Assembly: GCF_964194025.1 (NCBI RefSeq)
Contig: NC_134482.1
Span: forward strand, 15,438,001 to 15,502,000
DNA from: Convolutriloba macropyga
Taxonomy: Eukaryota
Length of the DNA: 64,000 nt
Direction of reading: 5' to 3'
Position 1 is the first letter of the stretch. Each line of letters starts with the position of its first letter. A program made the position numbers and the translations under genes. Of the stretch, positions 50,301 to 61,489 are shown one piece after another. The notes under the pieces are model-generated. The model was not told the DNA's origin, made no database searches, and saw only the letters and a list, made by a program, of their open reading frames with translations.

Positions 50301-51923
50301 CCTTCTTTTAATTTTAAGGGAAATGAATTCAATTTCAGGCCGGTAACCAGAAGAGAACTATACAAAATTATTGACAATCTACCAACACAAAAATCAGCTG
50401 GACCAGGATATATACCATCTTGGGCATTGAAAGTTGTAATTTGTCCATTGGAACCCATTTACAGTTTGCTATTAATGAGTGCATAAACGCAAACACTTTC
50501 CCTGAATTTTTTAAAAAGCCTATGTCACTCCCATCTATAAGAAAGCAGACAGGCATAACCGTGAAAACTATCGACCAATTTCGATCACTTCAACGTTAGA
50601 AAAAATTTTTGAAAGACTTCTCTTGGAGCAAATGTCGGAACATTTAGATTTGAATAAAATAATTAACAAAAATCAATTTGGTTTCCAAAAACAAAAGTCG
50701 TGTCTTAATACAATAATTGCACTGACTGAGAACATAAATCATTATGTTGAAGAAAAAGGTTTAGTCTTAACAATTTTTTTGGATTTAGCGAAAGCTTTTA
50801 ACTCAATATCCTTGGACATTTTTATTCAAAAAAATTGAAAAATATGGTTTTGGAGAAAACGCAAGAGTCCTATTGAATTCGTTACTAATTAACAAGAAAC
50901 AGTGTGTTAGAAACTGAATAGTTGAATCCGACTGAACAATTATAAATCATGGTGTTCCACAAGGTACTGTACTAGGACCACTAGTATTCATACATTATTT
51001 AAATGACTTCGGTGAGGAAATAGGGAAAAGTTCGAATGTTTTACAATTTGCAGGTGACACAGCAATTTTATTTCATGAAAAAATGAACAGTGTTTAGAAG
51101 CAAAGGCTAAAAAACATTGATGGAAACTGAACAATATATGCAACAAAACAAGTTAACTCTAAATGAAGGGAAAACAGAAATAATGGTTTTCAAAAAAGAA
51201 AAGTTACCAACTGTCAATTGCGTTGAGTTTAATAGTCATTCATTGAAACCGACAGATGAAGTCAGATACTTAGGTGTTACTCTTGACAAAAAGTTGACAT
51301 ACCAAAACAACTTAATAAGACAGTAAAATGGCTTTTGCTATCAGATCAATTTATTCGGTACGCAATCAAATACCTTTAAAGGTTCGAATAAATCTCTTTA
51401 GATCACTTGTTTTATCGCATTTAGAATTTAGTGCAAAATTTTTCAGTTTGCCGTCCTACTCATTTGACAGAATAAACAACCAAATTAGACGGGGCATAAA
51501 AGTTTGCTTTTTTCGAACAAAATATGACAGTGCTCATAAACTACTTCTTGAAAATAAAATACTTCCCGCAGAACTTCAAATAGCAAAAACTTCATTAAAT
51601 AGACTTTTTGATTTTGTCCAACAAACGAACATACAAGACCAAAAAAACATTCAGAATAATCGGAGACGTTGAAATTAAAGTTAATAATCGTACATATGAT
51701 TTTTCTATCACAACAAAATGTAAATCAAAACGGAGCCAAAATTCAATTATAAGAAACTTTGTTCGGAAATGGAATAAAATTCCAAGAGCTCTAAGAAAGG
51801 AAAAATCAAAGAAAAAATTTTAAAAAGAATTAAAGGAAGAGATGCAAAAAAAGACACGAACGAGTTCCAATGCACAAAAAAATGAAGGCTTTAAAAGTTT
51901 ATTTTTTATAAAGTAATTCACGA
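47320..51923 (+). mobile_element. Near-full-length decayed L2/CR1-type LINE: ORF1 (coiled coil plus SGNH esterase) and ORF2 (APE endonuclease plus RT)
   Basis: ORF1 ~47650-48660: coiled coil, LVFHLGHNAID, IRQDGVHPN. ORF2 ~48900-51900: LAVTETW, GGGVGIWI, FGDYNIN, LIDHCF, NDHF, KSAGPGYIP, YRPIS, NQFGFQ, FLDLAKAFNSI, GVPQGTVLGP, FAGDT, RYLGV. Many frameshifts; AAAGTCAGC repeats at the presumed 5' end; the 3' end runs into a gap. Confidence 0.9.
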
Positions 51924-53979
51924 NNNNNNNNNNNNNNNNNNNNNNNNNNNNNNNNNNNNNNNNNNNNNNNNNNNNNNNNNNNNNNNNNNNNNNNNNNNNN
52001 NNNNNNNNNNNNNNNNNNNNNNNNNNNNNNNNNNNNNNNNNNNNNNNNNNNNNNNNNNNNNNNNNNNNNNNNNNNNNNNNNNNNNNNNNNNNNNNNNNNN
52101 NNNNNNNNNNNNNNNNNNNNNNNNNNNNNNNNNNNNNNNNNNNNNNNNNNNNNNNNNNNNNNNNNNNNNNNNNNNNNNNNNNNNNNNNNNNNNNNNNNNN
52201 NNNNNNNNNNNNNNNNNNNNNNNNNNNNNNNNNNNNNNAGATGTAGTATGTTTGATTTATAATATTACAACATGTAACTTTAACCTTGGGGTTATTCGAA
52301 TTTACATGTTTGAGATTTTAAAAAAAATCCAATGAACCTTTAGATATTTTTTTTCACAGGGGTTCACTATGTTTTCATAATGATTCACCTGAGTGACCTT
52401 GACCCATTTCCAATTTTTTATAACAGATTTCATAAACGGTTAATGGCCTTACTCGGGTATAATATTCGGTCAACCTACATAAGTTTGACGCGTGAAAACG
52501 CGTGATGTTCTACAGTTTAGTTTTTTGTTATTGCCTGGACTTGAAGAAATACAATGCAAATCTAAAACTCAAATCATGAAAGCTGTCTTTTTAACTTGAA
52601 TTTAATCTGTATATCTTAAACCAATCAAATTTATCAGTAGATGACAATAGAGATCTGTTTAATCTGGTTTGTTAAACTGGTACTAAATTATTATAAAATA
52701 ATACAGACTATAAAATCGTCACATAAATGGCCAATAGTTTTTATATGATTATAAACTGTTAATTGATTTTTGTTAGCTGATATGATTATTACTCTTCGTT
52801 TGGGGACATTAAACATCTGATAACTTAATTTACAACTTTTATTTGAAAACTTTTGTTTTCTATACAAGTGCCATAAAATTAAATGGACCATAAATTAAAA
52901 ATTCCCGAGTCGGTCAGAAGGATCAAAATTACAGGTAAATTAATTCAAACCTTATGAAATATTGTTTAATAATGATTATTACAGTGCACACCCCCAAAAA
53001 ATTTAACTTGAAACTCTTATCAAATTTCTAAGGACTGCTCAATTCTTTGTTTAATTCTTTGCTCCGGAGAGGCAGAATAAACTTTAAGCCTGGAGAGTTG
53101 CAATAGACTTTTTACAATAACCCCTTAAGCAAATGACAAGGCAGGTTAGAAAATGTTTTAGATGCATCAGGATACTGATAAAAATTTAGAAAACTAAACC
53201 GATAGTCTTAAAGCCGTTTCTGATGTATAATGAAAAGAGTTATTCTTGTATTTTGGGTTTGTTCTCTCGCTTACAAGATAAACAAACTCTCTTTGTGAGG
53301 ACAAAAATAATTTTTTTCCTAACATTTTCATTTCATTACTGAATCTGTCTTTCGCTAATATTATTTTTTTATGATGTTCTGCTTGAAAAAAATAAAACCG
53401 TGCGATGTGAGTAATTTTATTAATATCAAATCTGTGCATTTCATGCTAAGGAAGTTATAATATGAAAAGTATGCACAGCTTGACTATTCTTTAATTAGCG
53501 CAAAAATTAAACAATTGCTTTTCACAATTGTTCGATAATTATTAATGAAAGTATGAATCTTTCATTACTCTAATTATTCATAAATCTGTTGCAAATATAT
53601 TTAATAAATTTCTGTTTGAAAAACTGTTATGATAAATTAATTTTTGCACAGATTAATAATTTTTAATTAATAATTGTTTGAATTAGTTTAATAAAGAAGC
53701 GCGGCTAGTCCTTTCATTTTTCATTTCAATGTAAAGAAATATAAGAAACGTAAAAGCATGCTCATAATTCATCTGGGAAAAAGAATAAAATATTATGCCA
53801 TATCGATTATTCCGTAACTGAAACTGCTTTTAGGAAATACGAGAATTTCATTTTTTTTCAATTCCTCTAGTAACATTATATGTTTTATAACCCTGACTCC
53901 ATGGTTCCGACCCTCAACTCAGTAGGAGGGGAGGAGGGGGAGGAGGGGGGTATATGTTCAACTGTTTTTTTTCCAATAG

Positions 53980-53995
53980 CGACACTTGAGAACAG
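53980..53995 (+). CDS. Candidate 16-nt Vax microexon (RHLRT + G)
   Basis: ttttttttccaatag|CGACACTTGAGAACAG|gtagtt; phase 0 in, phase 1 out, completing a GAC (Asp) codon with the 54259 exon. Confidence 0.25.
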
Positions 53996-54258
53996 GTAGT
54001 TGGGACCTAATAATGGTCTCTCGGTTGGAGTGAATAATGGTCTCTCGGAACGGTCTCTCGGTTCCATTTGCTCTCCATAAATTGAAACAAAGACTTTTTC
54101 TCAAGTCCCTGTGGCTCTGCAACACTGAATAACCGAACTCGAAAGAAAACTGATATAATGAAATCATTTAAAGAATACATAATCAAATCTCGGCGGGGGT
54201 GGGGCAAAATTGATTGGAAGGGGGGGGGGGGGGTAAAATTAACCGTTTCTTCGTTTAG

Positions 54259-54446
54259 ACGACAATGGAAATGAGAAGGAATTGGTGTTTCCACTGGGCC
54301 TTGACATTGACAGACCTAAGAGGGAGAGGACTTGTTTCTCAGCTGAACAACTTTTCCTGTTAGAGGAGGAATTCTGTAAGGGACAGTACTTAGTGGGAAG
54401 AGATAGAACCATCTTAGCAGGCAGACTGGGACTCACCGAAACACAG
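54259..54446 (+). CDS. Vax: Vax homeobox exon (pre-homeodomain motif and homeodomain residues 1-44)
   Basis: ttcgtttag|AC..., CAG|gtgcag; [62 protein letters not shown], matching the Vax signature (EIILPKGLDLDRPKR...QYVVGRERT). Absent from the ORF track. Confidence 0.92.
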
Positions 54447-54781
54447 GTGCAGTTATAGTAATCAATTTCCTGTCGCCCCTCCGTCCTCGTTCACCCCTTG
54501 TCATGGAAACTCAGTAGTGTGTTGGAGAAATTGATAACTATTAATTTTATTCAATCGTGGCTTAGCTACCGAATCAAATCATTGTTACTACCACGTGTGT
54601 CATTAACAATTTTGCGGGAGTTTTCGAAGACACGATCTTGTTGGTAACACCCCTCTAAACATTTTCACACACGATTCTGAAATCGCGCTGTTGGAGACTG
54701 CAATTAAAATGCAAACATTAGGCATTAGGCTGTGGGGCGGGGGTACAAACGGAAAAGTAAATAGTTTTTTTTAGTTTTTAC

Positions 54782-56360
54782 GACAACGTCTATTATTGTC
54801 ATAGTGAGCCCGGGGTTTCAAAAGTTGTTCCAAATTGTTTCAAACCGTTTAGGATTTAGAAAAAATTCTCAAAAAATCAGCTTCATTCTTCTTCACAAAT
54901 TTAACAAAATCTTAGATTTTTCATCGATTTGATACAATATTGCGTTCCTGTAAGACAGCACAAAATCATGCAAGCGCTTGGAACGCAATTTTTGAAAACT
55001 ACGAACCTAATTGATTTTCAAAAAATTGCTCAACTCCGAGTTTTTCTAGTGAAACTCTTCCGGCTAGGCAAAAATAGTCCCGAAAGCATCTCCTCACATA
55101 CTTTGAAAGCATCCCAAAATTAAAGCAAAACAGTCTCCAAGCAATGAAAAGTATCGCAAAAGACTCTACAGTCCTAAAGATGTCTATGCATCATTGTTTT
55201 TTGGCCAGTATTTTGAAGAATATTTTCAATATTTTAGATGATCAGAGCCCTAGTGGAAAATTAAAGGATATCTACAAAATTTATCAATTACTTTATGAAC
55301 ATCTGCAGAAAAAAAGCGGCTTGCCCATAATTTTGAAAATTTTTCGGACACTTTTATATGATCTATGGTCAAATTCATTTTTTGGTTTCCGTTTATAAAC
55401 TGCCTAGAATTGTTCGAATTGCATCTTAAATTCAAACAAATTTTTCCTCTGAGCACCTTGAAAATCTCAAAATTGGGTAGCTGGAATAAGGAGTATCTTG
55501 CCAGATTCCTGTAACGTCCTGTCGCTCGAGCTTTTTGTAGATTAGTTCTTATTGATGCATAATCTTTCGTTCTGCGAAAATGTTTTGCGAGAATCAGATT
55601 AGCGTTTTTAGTGTATGTAGTTAAACAGAATTTCATGGCATAGCTGAATTTTAGCAACTAAGTTTTTTGGTTGTTCTGCCAAGTCTGAGTTGGTACCATT
55701 CCATTCAGCAGTACTAAGAAAAAAAATTATTGAATACTATGATCTCATCACTTATTTTTTTTTGTTAATTGCGCAATAACGAATCAATTTAATTTCTTCG
55801 AAAAATGATAAACTAATATTTACTTTTTCTTTTGACAAAATTCTACTTCTTTACAATTATGCTCTCATTTTCGAATAAAACGGAATTTTTTCTCCACTTT
55901 TGTCTTTGAAGACTACAAACTGCAGCTCTGTATATCGCAAAAATATTATTTTATAAAATAGACAAATTAGCCCAAACGCATATTTCCTGCCATATTCCAG
56001 TAAAGCTCACAGTTGTTCCAATAAATTGCATCGTTGAAAGCTGAATATTTAAATTTAGTCCCTCATTTTAGAAAAACATAACCGATTCACTAAAATAGTG
56101 CATAAGGGAAAAATCTTTCTAAAAATTATATAATACAGTTATACAAGTAAATTTTCCCGTTTTAGATTATTAAAGTTTGCATGACAACGTCTATTATTGT
56201 CATAGTGACTCCGGTGCCTGGGTTCCAAAAAATATTCCAAATTGTTTCAAAAACTTTTAGAATTTAGCAAAAAATTTTAAACGTCATTTTGACTCAAGTT
56301 TCAACCTTTGTCATCTATTTGATACAACATAGCGTTCCTACCGGACAGCTTGAATTCATG
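54782..56360 (+). repeat. Two diverged copies (~54782-54980 and ~56183-56360) of a hairpin-headed repeat in Vax intron 2
   Basis: Both begin GACAACGTCTATTATTGTCATAGTGA and continue TTCCAAATTGTTTCAAA...ATTTGATACAA. Confidence 0.7.
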
Positions 56361-57459
56361 CGCATAATATGCGATGAATTTCCTGAGATTCTTCGATAAA
56401 TAGTTTGAATCTGTGAAAGCTAATTGGCTGTCCTGTTAGATCATACGAGATGAATTGTTATCTTGAAAAATAATCAAGATGCCAGAAAATAATAAGCTGT
56501 GCTCAGCCTGCCTGTGTATTCAGCGTCCTGAGTTATTCTGGCGAATTACACTCATGCAGCGTAAATTCATAATATCAACGAATCCATGAAAAATATTATT
56601 TTCCAGGCAGAAAACAAAAGCAGATTTAGCAGGGGTAGAAATATTAAAAGAATTATATACTGAAACAAGCACCAGCGTATTTTTGGATGCCAGATTTCTG
56701 AATTGCCAGAATAAAATACCCGAGTTTTCTATATACAAACCCAGTTTTTAAACTTGCAATTTGAGTGATTCACGTATTGGCTACATGACTAAGCTTGAAG
56801 TCACCGAGACCTTCTGGCAATTATTATGAACGGCGTAGCTTTTCAAAGTGTTCAGAAAGAGTTTCCACGTGACTTCTTCAGATTCACCTGACTTTGCTCA
56901 AAAACGCAACCTGCATGATCGAAAATGGAAATTCACGGAAGCCAACTTCAGGCTGTGCATATGGGAAGGTCGGTCACTGGAGACTTCCAGAATTTTAAAC
57001 TTACACGTGCGTGTTTGCAGTAAAGCTATGTAGCATTTTGAAGTTCTGGCATACATCTCGAACATGTAAGGGGTTTTCTACGAAAGCCAGAGAATCTCAG
57101 TTACTTCATCAGAGTCACGTAACCTATACAGTAAACAATAATTGTCAAACAGTTTGTTTAAGGTTCTTCAATCAAAACTTTTTTTTCCATCTGAAAAACT
57201 GGCACTTTGCGCTTTTTCCATGTTAACCATGTTTCTCAACCATGTTATGATTCCCCAATTGCAGAGCACGTAGCATCATTACAACTGAGGTATATCGAGG
57301 GTTGTATAAAAGTGTGGGGGAGGGGGCAGCGAAAGAAAACATACAAAGAAATTTTGTTGATTGACCTTGCTGGCAATCAATTAAAGGTCTTTTGAAAAAA
57401 ATTCGGGGTCACAATTGGGGGCCATTTGCATAAGGTTATGTCTACTTTTTCTTTTACAG

Positions 57460-57999
57460 ATTAAAGTGTGGTTCCAAAATCGTCGCACGAAAATGAAGCG
57501 GGACACATCAAAATCATCAACAACAACATCTACAACTGCAACATCGTCAACAATAACAACAAAAACTTCGTCATTGGAGCCAATCAAAAAATCATCAACA
57601 TCGCTTTTGTCTAGTTCATCTTCATCTTTAGCCACCAAGCTACCCAGTAATAATTTTCCAAGCCCTAAAACCCAACCCGCGAAAACACCCATAACATCTA
57701 TGAGTTCATTTTTTGACGAATCAGTACCGTCGACTTACGTGCGACCTCAAATGTCCTTGTACAACATTACCAAAAACGTCATGTTTGAAAAAGTCGTTAT
57801 GAACCCAGCTGCAACTATGTCGGTTCCGGGGGAACAATTTTACCCACAATCACTTTTTGGATATGTACCAGCGTCACATCATGTTGTGCAAGAGCATAAT
57901 TTAGCCAATGGGTTCGTTAGCCCGGAATGGAGTCATACGCAGAACGGTGCTTATTCGTATAATTTACCCTTGACTTCAAGTTGGTATACGTCCCGATAA
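57460..57999 (+). CDS. Vax: Vax last coding exon (homeodomain helix 3, Ser/Thr-rich tail)
   Basis: ctttttcttttacag|ATT; [15 protein letters not shown]; phase-0 intron at homeodomain position 44/45; stop at 57997-57999; AATAAA at ~58109. Confidence 0.93.
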   Translation: [179 protein letters not shown]

Positions 58000-58274
58000 T
58001 TTAACTTCTAAAAACTAAATTAAACTCAATTAAATTCTTTATTTGCACTAATTTGTCAATAATATTTGTTTTACTCTATATTATCATTATACTTTTTCTT
58101 CTTTTCGAAAATAAATAGAAAAAGTAAATTTGCGGGACAAAAATTTTTCTATCACATGCAAAAACATATCAAAAATATCAATTTTGAGGGCATCAAAGAC
58201 CAAAATGTTTTAGTTCAAACATCAAGGCACACCCTACATGGGCTCTTTTATACAGTCTTAAGGAGACTACAGAG

Positions 58275-59292
58275 TAAAGTTACTAACAGACACTAAAGTT
58301 ACTAATATACTCTAAAGTTACTAACATAATCTAAAGTTACTAACAGACTCTTAAGTTACTAACATACTCTAAAATTACTAGCATACTCTAAAAATACTAG
58401 CAGACTTCAAAGTTACTAACAGACTCTAAAGCTACAAAAAGACTCTAAAGTTACTAACGGACTCTTAAGTTACTTACAGACTCTAAAGTTACTTACAGAC
58501 CCTGAAGTTACTAAAATACCCGCTCCAAAGTTACTAACCTACTCAAAAGTTACTAACAGATTTGAAAGTTACTGACATACTCTAAAGTTACTAACAGACT
58601 CTAAAATTACTAACAGACTCTAAAGTTACTAACAGACTCTAAAGTTACTAAAATTCTCTAAAGTTACTAAAATACTCTAAAGTTGCTAATAGACTCTAAA
58701 GTTACTAACAGACTCTAAAGTAACAAACATACTCTAAAGTTATAACAGACTCTAAAGTTACTCTCAGACTTTAAAGCTACTAACAGACTCTAAAGTTACT
58801 AGAATGCTCTAAAGTTACTAAAATACTGTAAACTAACTAATATACTCTAAAGTTACTAACAGACTCTAAAAAACTAACAAACTCTAAAGTTATAACAGAT
58901 TCTAAAGTTACTCGCAGACTTTAAAGCTACTAACAGACTCTAAAGTTACTAGAATGCTCTAAAGTTGCTAATAGACTCTAAAGTTACTAACAGACTCTAA
59001 ATTAACTAATATACTCTTAAGTTACTAGCAGACTCTAAAGTTACTCACAGACTTTAAAGCTACTATCAGACTCTAAAGTTTCTAACATACTCCAAAGTTA
59101 CTGATAAACTCTAAAATTACGAACAGACTCTAAAGTTACTAACAGACTCTAAAGTAACTGACGTACTCTAAAGTTATAACAGACTATAAAGTTACTCACG
59201 GACTTTAAAGCTACTATCAGACTCTAAAGTTACTAACAGACTCTAATATTACAGACTTTAAAGTTTTTAACATTCTCTTAATGTACTAACAT
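58275..59292. repeat. 19-bp satellite (AAAGTTACTAACAGACTCT)n, ~50 copies, with higher-order structure
   Basis: Read directly; the variant series GTTATAAC / ACTCTCAG / TTTAAAGCTAC / ACTAGAATGC recurs at ~58735 and ~58885 and partly at ~59035 and ~59170. Confidence 0.95.
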
Positions 59293-59699
59293 GAAACAAA
59301 TTGTCTCGATTTTATTAGTTGTTTTCCAAATCGGCCGAAACTACAATGATCTTCGGTGACTTTGCATCAATTATAGGCCGTGACCTTGGCATATCCTAGT
59401 TCTTGGTTATATGGCTTAAACAATTGATAATTGTTCAGGTTAAATCTCGGTTGTTTGACGAAGCAAGACCGAGTTGTAACAACTTATTTGCCATCCCGAT
59501 CTATATTATATTTTCATTGAACTCTAGGGCTCGAATTGGAAGCAAAGCGTGAATTTAGTTTCAGTTAAAACAGATTGAAATTTTCAACGAATAAATTTTA
59601 TTGAGATAAAATTATATGAGGTAATGTGAGCCCAGAATGAGCTGCGTGAATAGCCATTCCTGATCAGATGACTTGGGTCGCGCACGGTGGTTGAGTCAC

Positions 59700-59960
59700 T
59701 GCCGCTACTCGAAGTATGGCAGCACTACTTACGGTCTGGACGGTCTGATCAGGACCCCATCCAGAGTGTGCTCGGTCTGTTCAAGGATCTACCTAAGGTC
59801 TGATCAGAGCCCCGCCCAGAGTTTGAATAGTCTGATCATAGCGTGGTCTGGTTGTTTGATGGTCTGAATAGTCTGAACAGAGTTCTTTCCGCTACGGTAC
59901 GGTTCTTTCCAGAGTCTGTACGGTCTGACCGAAACGTTTCCAGAGTCAGAACCAAGAGAT
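59700..59960. repeat. Low-complexity GGTCTG/TCAGA sub-repeat tract (probable DNA-transposon subterminal region)
   Basis: Repeated GGTCTGA/CAGAG units; similar tracts at 30410-30570 and ~60705-60750. Confidence 0.5.
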
Positions 59961-61019
59961 CAAACTGAAAAAAACAGTCAGTCCCCCCCCCCCGAAAAAA
60001 GAAGACATAATTAACCCCCAAGAGGACTATTTTTTAGAGTACTTCCCAATATTACTCGATTAACATCAAAGACCACGCTAAAAACTCAGTTCTGGTAATT
60101 GCCGTCGAGCTGAAATTTTTTCATTGTTTGATAAAAGTTTCTTATTTAGAAATCCAAAAACCACATACATGAAAAGACGTCTATTTTTCTGAAATAATAC
60201 ATTATACCAAGGATTACTGCTACTTCAACAGTTAAAAGTGCCAGTTAGTGTACTCCCAGTGCGCGAACAAAAGCTGGTCTAGAATCCTCCACAAACATTT
60301 TCAGTCTTTTGTCAACAAAAGCTTAAAAGACAGCATCTTTTGGATATAAATGCATGCTCAAAAAGAGAAAATTTTAGAACAGGAAGGTTGTAATTATCAA
60401 AGAACATGAACTCGACATAAAAAATTTTCAATTGACCGCCAAAACTATTACAAATGAAAACGCAAATTTAATCGAATCCTTCAAGGAAAACTTCAAATTT
60501 CTATTTGACGCGATCTGTGACAAACATTCCATTTAATCACTGCGTTGAGAAAGGCATTGCATTAAACCTATCCCAAACTTATCACTTCAAAAGGCTGCAT
60601 ATAATAACAACTATTAAAAATGTGGAACAGACATTTTCGAGCGCACTTCGAACGCTTTCGGTGTTTCAAATGCACTCAGTTTGGTCGTTGGGCATTGGTC
60701 TGGGATATTTTGATCAAAGGTTACTTTCGTCGAACACGGTCTGATCAGAGGTCACTTCCGAATAGCACCTCGACCTATAATGCTGAATAATTAATCGTTA
60801 ACAATATTGCATGCGCTTAAACATCCATCTTGTCTTTGTTGTTTTTACTTTTGTCTTAGTTTCATAAATGAAACAGTTAATAATAGTATTCACTGAAAGA
60901 CTAAAAACACCTACTTAAGCATAAAACAAAAATGTGAAATCATTTTCCGAATGGATGAATATTTCATAGCTTGAATAAAGTAAAAACGAGGGGGCATGTA
61001 AAAGGAGCTAAACACCGGT

Positions 61020-61112
61020 CATGGCAGATTATTGTCTAGATGGGTCTGACCATGGCTGATTATAGTCTCGATGGGTCTAACCATGGCTGATTGTAGTCTG
61101 GATGGGTCTTAT
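61020..61112. repeat. 31-bp tandem repeat x3
   Basis: CATGGC(A/T)GATT...GTCT.GATGGGTCT.AC x3. Confidence 0.9.
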
Positions 61113-61489
61113 AATTAACTCACACCTGAACCTGGGTAGTCCTCAGCATTAACATTTTGTTCTAACTATCTGTTCCTTTTCATCCATACCAACAGAGTAT
61201 ATCTCTTCAAAAATGATTTTAAATCGCAAGCATGTTGTGGTAAAGAATAAGGGTGGTTTGAAACCTCTAAATAGCGTTTCTACTCAAAATTTTTAAACAG
61301 AAGCAATGCAGTAATTAGCGGCTATTCGATTTAGAGCTTTAGTTGCTGTAAGTCCNNNNNNNNNNNNNNNNNNNNNNNNNNNNNNNNNNNNNNNNNNNNN
61401 NNNNNNNNNNNNNNNNNNNNNNNNNNNNNNNNNNNNNNNNNNNNNNNNNNNNNNNNNNNNNNNNNNNNNNNNNNNNNNNNNNNNNNNNN

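Noticed and set aside
43705-54258. U12-type AT-AC intron for Vax intron 1
   Set aside because: Donor ATAAAG does not match ATATCCT, and the nearby AC acceptors are out of phase.
57381-57692. Asp/Val-rich antisense ORF
   Set aside because: Shadow of the Ser/Thr-rich Vax exon.
58275-59292. CRISPR-like array
   Set aside because: Contiguous degenerate 19-bp units with no unique spacers, eukaryotic context and no cas genes.
59680-59700. Transib/RSS-like terminus CACGGTGG
   Set aside because: No matching inverted end or TSD found.
60230-60430. hAT C-terminal dimerisation-domain remnant (VPVS...SWSR)
   Set aside because: Similarity needs frameshifts and is too weak to support without a profile search.
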